A stretch of DNA of 35,983 bases from positions 1 to 35,983 of the forward strand of contig JBBSFL010000001.1 in the NCBI GenBank assembly GCA_038238735.1, in the 5' to 3' direction. Source of the stretch: Fimbriimonadales bacterium. GTDB lineage: Bacteria; Armatimonadota; Fimbriimonadia; Fimbriimonadales; Fimbriimonadaceae. Shown piece after piece: positions 20,491 to 28,111 of the stretch. Position 1 is the first letter of the stretch. Every line of letters starts with the position of its first letter. The notes beneath the pieces are model-generated. The model was given only the letters and a program-made list of their open reading frames with translations. It was not told where the DNA came from and made no database searches. A program made the translations under genes and the position numbers.

Positions 20491-20533
20491 ACCAAAAACA
20501 AAAAGAGCGCTACCGCCTTGGTAGCGCCTTTTT
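20491..20533 (-). terminator. Intrinsic (bidirectional-looking) terminator after the pilin-like/lipoprotein pair
   Basis: GCGCTACC (20507-20514) pairs with GGTAGCGC (20520-20527). It is flanked by an A-run upstream (TTTTTGTTTTTGGT on the minus strand) and CTTTTT downstream. Confidence 0.7.
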
Positions 20534-20545
20534 AGTAATCAGAGC

Positions 20546-20761
20546 CTAGCGTGGCTCTGATCGACGCTGCGCGTCTTCCTGATGCTGCTTTTCAACCTCA
20601 GCGCCCTTGCCCTGGGCGATCATAGCCTTGTCGTAGGCATCGCGACTGTACTGCTTTTTCATCGCATTGATGTCATTGTTATCCAGCTCGCTCTTCGCGC
20701 AACCGACGCCCGATACGACCGCTAAGATCAAGGCCACGGTGGTGATTCCCACCCGTCTCAT
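20546..20761 (-). CDS. Small lipoprotein (71 aa)
   Basis: Start re-set to the ATG at 20761. The leader [21 protein letters not shown] carries a lipobox-like VGC. This ATG overlaps the upstream TGA as ATGA. Confidence 0.6.
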   Translation of the reverse strand: MRRVGITTVALILAVVSGVGCAKSELDNNDINAMKKQYSRDAYDKAMIAQGKGAEVEKQHQEDAQRRSEPR

Positions 20762-21735
20762 TGGCCGAAGCCCCACATCGGATAGTTGATGTTTCGATTG
20801 ATCGTTCCGGTGTACTTGTCACCCGCGAAGAGCGGATCGCCGACGTAACACGTATCCGAAGTTACCGTGCCACCCGAGATGAGCTGGGAAGTTGGCGGCG
20901 TTTTTCCGAGAAATGCACCTACCGTAAGGAACTTCGCACCGCCATCGGCGCGACCGATGTTTACACCGCTAGTGACGACCTTGCCCGTGTCGACGTCGCT
21001 AGTCGGCTGGGGATTCATGGCGCACTCTGCAACCGACATCTTGTTCATTCTGAAAGCCCAGAATTCACGGTCAGCTCTCGGATAGCCCGTCAACTCACTC
21101 GTCGCAGTCTGCCCGGTCTGCACCTGGATAAGTGCAGGAATATAAGGGCTGGTGTTCAACGGCACGTTGTCGATAAACAGAAGGGCCTGGGCCACGTCGG
21201 GCAATCCTGACTGATTTCCGCCTGAAAAAGAGGCTATGTTGCTATAAGAGAAAGGAACCCCGCTGTTTATGTTCACACTCTTCAGCCCCGTCAGGCCAAT
21301 ATTGAACGCGATATTCCCCCAAATTTGTCCGTAGCTGTCCCATGAAGACGCGTCTTTCAGTCTTGTGGAGATAGTGAACAGGTCAGTGCTCTTCACATAT
21401 GGCATCAAAAACTTCTGCCAGAACCGCTCGTCGACGATGTTATAAGTGTTCGTGCCGCTTGTACAGCCGGATGTCGGGGTCGTATTGTAGGACGGATCCC
21501 GAAACTTCGGGTTCAACGCGCTGCCAAGGGCACAATAGCGTCCCTTGAAGTAATAGTCGTCATTGTCGCCCTGGTACATGTACATCGCTAACGCGACCTG
21601 CTTGACATTGGAGAGGGAAGCCGTTTTCTTAGCGGCCAATTTGGCCTGCGCGAAAACCGGGAAGAGGATGGCAGCGAGGATGGCGATAATGGCGATAACC
21701 ACCAGCAGCTCGATCAAGGTAAAAGCTTTTTTCAT
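20758..21735 (-). CDS. Prepilin-type N-terminal cleavage/methylation domain protein (DUF1559-like pseudopilin family)
   Basis: Start re-set to the ATG at 21735. The N-terminus [32 protein letters not shown] is the classic type IV pilin-like leader with a hydrophobic helix. GGAG lies upstream. Confidence 0.85.
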   Translation of the reverse strand: MKKAFTLIELLVVIAIIAILAAILFPVFAQAKLAAKKTASLSNVKQVALAMYMYQGDNDDYYFKGRYCALGSALNPKFRDPSYNTTPTSGCTSGTNTYNIVDERFWQKFLMPYVKSTDLFTISTRLKDASSWDSYGQIWGNIAFNIGLTGLKSVNINSGVPFSYSNIASFSGGNQSGLPDVAQALLFIDNVPLNTSPYIPALIQVQTGQTATSELTGYPRADREFWAFRMNKMSVAECAMNPQPTSDVDTGKVVTSGVNIGRADGGAKFLTVGAFLGKTPPTSQLISGGTVTSDTCYVGDPLFAGDKYTGTINRNINYPMWGFGQ

Positions 21736-21920
21736 ATAAATTCTGCTCCGAATCCCGACGTCTGCCGCTTCCATGCAGGCCCCGTCTCGGCTATGGCGCC
21801 GCGATCCAACGGCGATCTTGCTGAGAATGTTGTACTCCTAACATCAAGATAATGTTAAGGCCCTGACGCAAATATTGTAATGCATGGGCATACGCAAAAC
21901 CGCGTGTTCCCTCCTCGCAG

Positions 21921-23108
21921 CTAGAACGGTGGATAACTTTTGTGAGTTTCTGCTCGTTGCACGAATGCCCCGACTCCTTCATTCATTAGCGTATCGATAT
22001 CCGCTAGTGGACGAAGTTCGTCGATCGCTTCCGCGAGCCAGGCATTCCCCGCGATCACGTCGATCGGGCGTTTCAAATACTCGTATTCGTACGGGCCCTC
22101 GCGCCACTCCAGTTTCTCTCCATATCGCCTCCTGATCTGCTGGAGAATCGCGAGATAAGTGAGCACCGGCCGAAACATCGCTCGATCCAAAACGTGAACG
22201 AACACGCCGCCGCAACGCTCCCCTGCCCACTTGCCCGACGTGGGCTGAAAGTCAACCGCGCGGAAGAGACAACCCGCCAAGTCAAGCCCATTCAGATCGG
22301 CCGCAAGGTCCCACCCATCGATGAACGGCGCTCCGAGTTGCTCGAACGGCTTCGTCGTGCCCCGCCCCTCCGAAAGGTTCGTCCCCTCCAAGAGGCACCC
22401 CCCAGGATAGACGGTCGCCGTCTCCATCGTCGGCATGTTCGGCGAGGGCATGACCCAGGGCAACGCTGTCTGCTCGTAGGACATGGAGCGCCACCAACCA
22501 GCCATCACGACGGTCTCGACCGTGCCAGCCCCGTCAAAGGCTTCCACCTGAAAAAAGCGGGCCAGTTCGCCGATCGTCATCCCATGACGGATAGGCAAGG
22601 GAAAGAGTCCGACGAAAGATGCGAAGGCCGGGTCCAAGACGGGTCCCTCAACAGCCATCCCGCCGATCGGATTCGGCCGGTCGAGGATCATCAACGGAAT
22701 CCCCGCTGCCACACAAGCCTCAATGCATAGGAACATGGTCCAGATGAACGTGTAGTACCGAGCGCCGATGTCTGGCAGATCGATCACCAACACGTCGAGC
22801 CCGGACAGCATCTCCGGTGTGGGTTTCCGATGCTCGCCATAGAGCGAGAAAACCGAGAGCCCGGTGCGCTCATCGCGCCCGCCCGACCACTCGATCATGT
22901 TGTCCTGCGTATGCCCAAACAGCCCGTGCTGAGGTCCAAACACCCCTCCAAGAGTCAACTCGCCGGACCGGTGCAGCGGCAACAAAATCTCGATGACGTG
23001 CCGGAAGTCGCGGGCGATAGAGGCTTGGTTGCAAAGAACCCCAATTCGTTGGCCTCGGCAGCGATCGAAGTTTTCACGGGCGAGGATGTCGAGGCCGGTG
23101 AGAGTCAT
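21921..23108 (-). CDS. DUF1343 family protein (NamZ-like exo-beta-N-acetylmuramidase family)
   Basis: N-terminus TGLDILARENFDRCRGQRIGVLCNQAS, then GPQHGLFG. Length 395 aa. Confidence 0.8.
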   Translation of the reverse strand: MTLTGLDILARENFDRCRGQRIGVLCNQASIARDFRHVIEILLPLHRSGELTLGGVFGPQHGLFGHTQDNMIEWSGGRDERTGLSVFSLYGEHRKPTPEMLSGLDVLVIDLPDIGARYYTFIWTMFLCIEACVAAGIPLMILDRPNPIGGMAVEGPVLDPAFASFVGLFPLPIRHGMTIGELARFFQVEAFDGAGTVETVVMAGWWRSMSYEQTALPWVMPSPNMPTMETATVYPGGCLLEGTNLSEGRGTTKPFEQLGAPFIDGWDLAADLNGLDLAGCLFRAVDFQPTSGKWAGERCGGVFVHVLDRAMFRPVLTYLAILQQIRRRYGEKLEWREGPYEYEYLKRPIDVIAGNAWLAEAIDELRPLADIDTLMNEGVGAFVQRAETHKSYPPF

Positions 23109-23205
23109 GGCTCCATGGGTGGTGGAATTGAATTGATGACGGTGTTTATGGAACTGAAGACTGCGCCGCCTCTATCTCCTCCGACCTCATAGTCAATCGA
23201 TTCCC

Positions 23206-23424
23206 TCACTCCTCCTCTGCAGGAAATCCGGCATCCGCGAGGTGCTTGAACAAGTCGCTCGTGTTCATGCCCTCCACGTAACGCACCGTCACCGTCCGAG
23301 CGGGCACGTCGACCTCGCAGGAGTCGATTTCGGGCGCATTGCGGAGGGTTTCGTCGATCAGATCGGCGTCGCTTTGCGAGCGAATGTCGGGACATACGAA
23401 CGATTTGACAATGTATTCGATCAT
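23206..23424 (-). CDS. Small HMA-fold-like protein lacking the CxxC metal site
   Basis: MIEYIVKSFVCPDIRS...DSCEVDVPARTVTVRY...LFKHLADAGFPA follows the beta-alpha-beta-beta-alpha-beta spacing of heavy-metal-associated domains, but GMxCxxC is replaced. Third-position GC bias is strong. An alternative ATG lies at 23436. No clear SD. Confidence 0.5.
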   Translation of the reverse strand: MIEYIVKSFVCPDIRSQSDADLIDETLRNAPEIDSCEVDVPARTVTVRYVEGMNTSDLFKHLADAGFPAEEE

Positions 23425-23687
23425 GGCCAGGTGCATCGTACAACAAGATCGAAGGGGGAGTTCTATAGCTGGGACCGCCGCCGTCTCGCCGCCAAGCCCC
23501 GGAGACATCCCGATTTCGGGATAGGCTGGATAAGGGACTCGGGCTCAGCCTGCTGGTAAGGCTGACACTCCCACCCGGCCCCTCCCACATGCACAAACAT
23601 TGAGCGGGGACGGTTATCTCCGGGCCGCTCAGCAACCCACCGAAGGCGGCAACCGTATAATCAGACAGGAGCAGGACGAAGACAGAA

Positions 23688-24908
23688 ATGTATCAGGCAC
23701 CTCTCTCCGCGGAGTACGCCGATCTCTCCCCCGAAGAGACCGACCGCCGTATCCTCGCCGCCAAAGCCGAACTGGGCCCACGCTTAGTCATCCTCGGCCA
23801 CCACTACCAGCGCGACGAGATCATCCGCCACGCCGACTTCCGAGGCGATAGCTATAAGCTCGCGAAGGATGCAGCCTCCCATCCCGACGCCGAGTTCATC
23901 GTCTTCTGCGGCGTGCATTTCATGGCCGAGAGCGCCGATATCCTCACCCCGCCAAACCAAAAGGTAATTCTCCCCAACCTCGCCGCAGGCTGCTCGATGG
24001 CCGACATGGCGAACCTCTTCCAAGTCCGGAATGCCTGGCGGCAGATCCAAGAGGCGTTGCGGCCCTCCGGCATTTCGGCCTTGGAACTCGCGGCGACGTC
24101 AGCCGGGCGTGCAACCAGAACAAGCAGCTCCAATACCTTGGTTTCTGAGCCCCTTAACGCCCCAACGGCGGAGCGCCCCAACGCCGAAAGACCGCAGGTC
24201 CTCCCAATAACCTACATCAACTCCGCCGCAAACCTAAAGGCATTCGTAGGCGAGCATGGCGGGTCGGTGTGCACTTCCACCAACGCCCCAACCGCCGTCA
24301 AATGGGCGCTCGAGAACGCCAACAAGGTGCTCTTCTTTCCGGACCAGCACTTGGGCCGAAACACCGGCGTCAAGCTCGGCTACAACCCGGAGAGCGACAT
24401 GATTATCTGGGACCCGTTCAAGCCTCTCGGCGGCAATACTCAGGAAGATATCCGCCGCGCGACGTTCATCCTGTGGAAGGGCCACTGCTCGGTGCACCAG
24501 CGATTCACCGTTGATCAGGTCCAGAAGGCCCGCCGCGAGTTTCCCGGCATCAATATCCTCGTGCACCCCGAGTGTCCATTGGAAGTAGTGAAAGCGGCGG
24601 ACTTCGCTGGTTCCACCGAATTTATTATCCAAAAAGTGAAAGAGGCGCCTGCCGGCTCGGACTGGGCAATCGGAACGGAGATCAACCTCGTCAACCGTCT
24701 CGCAAAAGAAATGCCGGACAAGATGATTTTCTGTCTAGATCCGCAAATCTGCCCCTGCTCCACGATGTACAGAATCCACCCCAGCTTTCTCCTCTGGACC
24801 TTGGAGAATCTGGCGAACGAAAGGGTCGTAAACCAGATCACCGTCACCGAACCTACTCGCTCGAACGCCCTTCTCGCGCTGCAGAGAATGTTAACGGTCT
24901 GCGCTTAG
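23688..24908 (+). CDS. nadA: Quinolinate synthase
   Basis: LGHHYQRDE, FCGVHFMAESADIL, AAGCSMADMA, WKGHCSVH, VHPEC and PCSTM motifs are present. At 406 aa it carries an apparent low-complexity insert. Confidence 0.93.
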   Translation: MYQAPLSAEYADLSPEETDRRILAAKAELGPRLVILGHHYQRDEIIRHADFRGDSYKLAKDAASHPDAEFIVFCGVHFMAESADILTPPNQKVILPNLAAGCSMADMANLFQVRNAWRQIQEALRPSGISALELAATSAGRATRTSSSNTLVSEPLNAPTAERPNAERPQVLPITYINSAANLKAFVGEHGGSVCTSTNAPTAVKWALENANKVLFFPDQHLGRNTGVKLGYNPESDMIIWDPFKPLGGNTQEDIRRATFILWKGHCSVHQRFTVDQVQKARREFPGINILVHPECPLEVVKAADFAGSTEFIIQKVKEAPAGSDWAIGTEINLVNRLAKEMPDKMIFCLDPQICPCSTMYRIHPSFLLWTLENLANERVVNQITVTEPTRSNALLALQRMLTVCA

Positions 24909-24954
24909 AGAAGAGTTTCGAGCTTTCCGGGGCATTTGAAATCGGCAGGCAAGG

Positions 24955-25343
24955 CTAGGTGTTATTTTTCGGATTTTCATCAGCCTTGGCATCTGGCCAA
25001 GATTGATGCGAGGTCATCGCCAATGTCCAGTCGTTGTCGCGCCTTACGTAAACCGAGTTGATCGAGCCTCGATACGGCTTGCCCGATTTGGCTGACTTTG
25101 CTGTGGCGTGATAGGCCACGGCTGCCGCATCCGCCGAGAGCTCTATGACCTGGACATCTTGGATATCCACATCGTCCAACCTTCAGCCCCTTCCGTTGCC
25201 TTGATGGCATCCTCCTTCGTAACAAAACCCATCGGCTCCATCACGGAGATCGCCTTATCGTCCATATATTTCTGGAAGAAGCTTGGATCTGCGCTCCAGA
25301 AGCCGCGTTCCACCGCCAAAATCGCTTCACGTGTTGTTTCCAT
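24955..25343 (-). pseudogene. DUF4440/SnoaL-like (NTF2-fold) gene split by a 1-nt frameshift
   Basis: The N-terminal part (METTREAILAVERGFW...ATEGAEGW, frame ending at 25143) and the C-terminal part (DDVDIQDVQVIELSADAAAVAYH...VYVRRDNDWTLAMTSHQ, 24955..25179) overlap in different frames. Joining them near 25176-25182 gives one domain of about 128 aa. Confidence 0.65.
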
Positions 25344-25578
25344 AACTGTGGGACTAACTCTTGATTGCGGGTGTTCGTCCCGCACAGCGGAAGCGCCTGG
25401 AGGGCGTATCACCGCCTTCTCGGAAGCGAAGAGACGTGCCACGTTGCGAGGAGAGACGGTCTTTGCAGCGCAACATCCTCGCAATGGGCCTTGTGACTAG
25501 CGGTTCGGCGATCGCTCTGAGGAGCCCGGTCAACAACTCCTGTAGACCCTTAGCAGTGTTAAGGACTCGAGGGAAAAA

Positions 25579-26321
25579 ATGAAGACCACCGTTGCTCTAA
25601 CCGCCTTCGCACTCACCGTCGTTACCGCCTCTGCCCAGGTCATTTACACAGGAGGCACCTACTTTCAGAATTTGACACTCTCGCGCTAAGCGGACTCGGC
25701 AATCCTTGGGTAAACAATAATCCCGCACCCGGTATGCAAGGCTGGGACTCAAATCTGGCGTCCTACGACGCCGATAATGGCAGTATCGCCCTTTCGGGAC
25801 TCTACAGCGAAGGGCCAAGCACTTCAGAGTGAGCTCTTGGGTCGGTCGCCCTGCCTGGCGCGCTCATCGTTTATGGGATGCGGGTCCAAAACGGCACCGG
25901 AGGAACCCTCAATTCGGTGACGCTGAACTACACTGGCGAACAGTGGCGGGATGGCAGTGCTCCCTCCGCCGCCGTCCTGACGTTCCAATTCAGCACGAAC
26001 GCGACTAGCTTGCTTACGGGTATCTGGAACAACGTTTCTTCGCTGGATTTCAACTCGGTAAGCAATGTTGGCGCAGGCGCCATTAACGGAAATCTCGCCA
26101 TCAACGAAGCGTTCCCCTCAGGGACGGTCAACAGCCTCAACTGGCTGAACGGAACTGACGTTTGGGTGCGGTGGTTGCATGTTGGAAATCAAAGCCGCCA
26201 CGCCCTGGCCCTAGATGAGGTTCATCTGAGCGCCCAAGCCACGCCCGAACCGAGCACCCTGGTGGCCTGCGGACTCGGTGCCGTCTGGTTCGCCCAACTC
26301 GGCCGCCAAAAGAGATCGTAA
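25579..26321 (+). pseudogene. PEP-CTERM protein gene disrupted by a frameshift and an in-frame TGA
   Basis: ATG at 25579 with GAGGGA upstream and the signal peptide MKTTVALTAFALTVVTASAQ. That frame stops at 25687. The sequence continues in another frame as EFDTLALSGLGNPW...GLYSEGPSTSE, then TGA (25830-25832), then ALGSVA...NYTGEQWRDG...TPEPSTLVACGLGAVWFAQLGRQKRS. Confidence 0.7.
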
Positions 26322-26340
26322 CGCCCATGTCTTCGGACAC

Positions 26341-26370
26341 GACAAGGCCCGCCTTTCGGCGGGCCTTGTC
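26341..26370. terminator. Strong hairpin between convergent genes (candidate bidirectional terminator)
   Basis: GACAAGGCCCGCC (26341-26353), loop TTTC, GGCGGGCCTTGTC (26358-26370). This is a perfect 13-bp stem. There is no clear U-tract on either side. Confidence 0.55.
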
Positions 26371-26385
26371 CATTGGTGGTCCCAC

Positions 26386-26826
26386 TTAGTGGGTGTGCTT
26401 CATGCCGTACATGCAGCAGTTCATCATTATCTTCTTTCCGACCGCCATTTCAGCGGGCGACATCTTCATCATCATGCGGCGCATGGTCATCTGCTCCGAA
26501 GGGCTGAGACCGCTCATCATGTGCGCCATGCTAGCCTTCTCGTCCATGTGCTTGGGCATATTCTTGTGGGCGTCGTGCATGCACATCGTGCCACGCTTCA
26601 TCATCACGGCGCGCTCGGCCTCGCTCATCTTGTGCCAGTGAATCATCGCCGTCTGCTTCTCGCTCGACGACAGACCCATCATCATGGTCTCCATCATCAT
26701 CGAACTCGGCATGGTCATGTGGTGCTGAGTCATCTTGTGATGCTGCATTCCGCCCATCCCCTTCACCTGGGCGAACGAGGTCGAAATGGCGGCTAGGGCG
26801 AGGATCGAAAGAGTAAGTGTTTTCAT
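26386..26826 (-). CDS. Secreted Met/His-rich protein (146 aa), candidate periplasmic metal-binding protein
   Basis: Start re-set to the ATG at 26826. Signal peptide MKTLTLSILALAAISTSFAQ. The mature part is packed with M and H (MGGMQHHKMTQHHMTMPSSMMMETMMM...). An internal duplication is visible. Confidence 0.75.
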   Translation of the reverse strand: MKTLTLSILALAAISTSFAQVKGMGGMQHHKMTQHHMTMPSSMMMETMMMGLSSSEKQTAMIHWHKMSEAERAVMMKRGTMCMHDAHKNMPKHMDEKASMAHMMSGLSPSEQMTMRRMMMKMSPAEMAVGKKIMMNCCMYGMKHTH

Positions 26827-27018
26827 AGTAGGTTTGCGGGGCGATCTCGCCCAATTACTCCTAAGAAGAAACGAAGGGCAAAAGGTTCCTGGTCCTGTGC
26901 CTATTTGTGAAAAAACCTCTTCTGACTTCAAAACGTTTACGGCCACCGGTCTCTCAGAATATCTGAGATGAAGCCCACGCGAACCTGGGATGGCGGGTCC
27001 GAAGGTAAAACCTAGAGC

Positions 27019-28110
27019 ATGAATCAGCCTTACGGTCGCGTCTACAACTTTTCCGCCGGCCCCTGCACCCTCCCCGTCGAAGTTCTCGAAGAGGCTCGCG
27101 ACGATCTTTTGAACTACAAGGGCGCGGGCATGAGCGTGATGGAGATGAGCCACCGAGGCAAAGTTTTCGAGCAAATTCTCGCCGACTCGGTCGCCGGGTT
27201 GAAGAAGATACTAAATGTGCCGGACAACTTCAAGATCCTCTTCCTCCAAGGAGGAGCGAGCATGCAGTTTTCGATGATCGCGATGAACTTTCTCTGTCGC
27301 GGCGAGGCGGATTACATCACAACCGGAACTTGGGGGGCTAAGGGATTTGAATCCGCGGCGATCGAGGGCAGCGCGAAGGAGATTTTCAGCGCGAAGGCGA
27401 CCAACTTCGATAGGACGCCCTCGATGGCGGATTTGACCTTCACGCCCCACGCCGACTACGTTTACTACACCAGCAACGAGACCGTTCAAGGCGTGCAGTT
27501 CAAAGGCGATCAATCCTTTCCAGGGACGGTCATCTGCGACATGTCGAGCGATATCCTTTCGCGAGAGGTCGATTTCAGCAAGTATTCGCTGATCCACGCG
27601 GGGGCACAAAAAAACATGGGTCCAGCGGGTGCCACAGTGGTCTTGATCAGCGATGAGATGCTGGACCGTGTACCGCAGGGTCTCTCGCCGATGCTGGACT
27701 ACCGGGTGCAGGCGGCCAACGGGTCGATGTATAACACCCCTCCCTGTTGGAGCATTTATATGTGCGGACTCATGTACAAGTGGGTCGATCGCCAGGGCGG
27801 CGTAGTTGAGATGAAGAAGCGCAGCGAAGAGAGATCGAAGGCCCTCTACGAGGCGGTCGATAGCTCCGGCGGCTTCTATAAGGGTCACTCGCAGCTCGCC
27901 TCTCGGTCGGTCATGAACGCGACTTTCACGCTCCCAAGCGAAGAACTCACGAAGGTCTTTCTGAGCGAGACGGAAGCGGCGGGCTTCGACGGATTGAAGG
28001 GACACCGGGCGACGGGCGGCGTACGGGCGAGCATTTACAACGCTTTCCCGGTTCAAGGCTGCGTCGATCTTGCCGCCTTCATGAAGGAATTCGCGAGTAA
28101 GAACGGCTGA
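27019..28110 (+). CDS. serC: 3-phosphoserine/phosphohydroxythreonine aminotransferase
   Basis: N-terminus VYNFSAGPCTLPVEVLEEA, PLP-lysine region AGAQKNMGPAG. Length 363 aa. Confidence 0.95.
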   Translation: MNQPYGRVYNFSAGPCTLPVEVLEEARDDLLNYKGAGMSVMEMSHRGKVFEQILADSVAGLKKILNVPDNFKILFLQGGASMQFSMIAMNFLCRGEADYITTGTWGAKGFESAAIEGSAKEIFSAKATNFDRTPSMADLTFTPHADYVYYTSNETVQGVQFKGDQSFPGTVICDMSSDILSREVDFSKYSLIHAGAQKNMGPAGATVVLISDEMLDRVPQGLSPMLDYRVQAANGSMYNTPPCWSIYMCGLMYKWVDRQGGVVEMKKRSEERSKALYEAVDSSGGFYKGHSQLASRSVMNATFTLPSEELTKVFLSETEAAGFDGLKGHRATGGVRASIYNAFPVQGCVDLAAFMKEFASKNG

Positions 28111-28111
28111 C

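Noticed and set aside
23105-23635. 176-aa minus-strand ORF spanning the NamZ-nadA gap
   Set aside because: The translation is Pro/Arg/Gly/Ser-rich with no motifs. It overlaps, in another frame, the better-supported HMA-like ORF (23206..23424), which has clean third-position GC bias.
23509-23687. Possible NAD+ riboswitch (nadA motif) or other leader structure upstream of nadA
   Set aside because: I looked for the tandem bulged stem-loops with the ACANCCCC-type conserved bulge. I found only loose look-alikes (ACACTCCCA at about 23565, CAACCCAC at about 23633) and a 7-bp inverted repeat TGAGCGG/CCGCTCA. That is not enough to call. A covariance-model scan with Rfam nadA would settle it.
25830-25832. 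In-frame TGA of the PEP-CTERM gene read as selenocysteine or programmed readthrough
   Set aside because: The position corresponds to an expected conserved Arg ((D/E)RALGS), one transition away from CGA. I saw no SECIS-like hairpin immediately downstream, and the same gene also carries a frameshift. Decay is the simpler reading.
26278-26796. 172-aa plus-strand ORF that is strikingly His-rich (HLVGVLHAVHAAVHHYLL...HHHGLHHHRTRHGH)
   Set aside because: It is the antisense mirror of the Met-rich gene: every ATG (Met) on the minus strand reads CAT (His) on the plus strand. It has no signal peptide and no start context, and it overlaps the 3' end of the PEP-CTERM gene.
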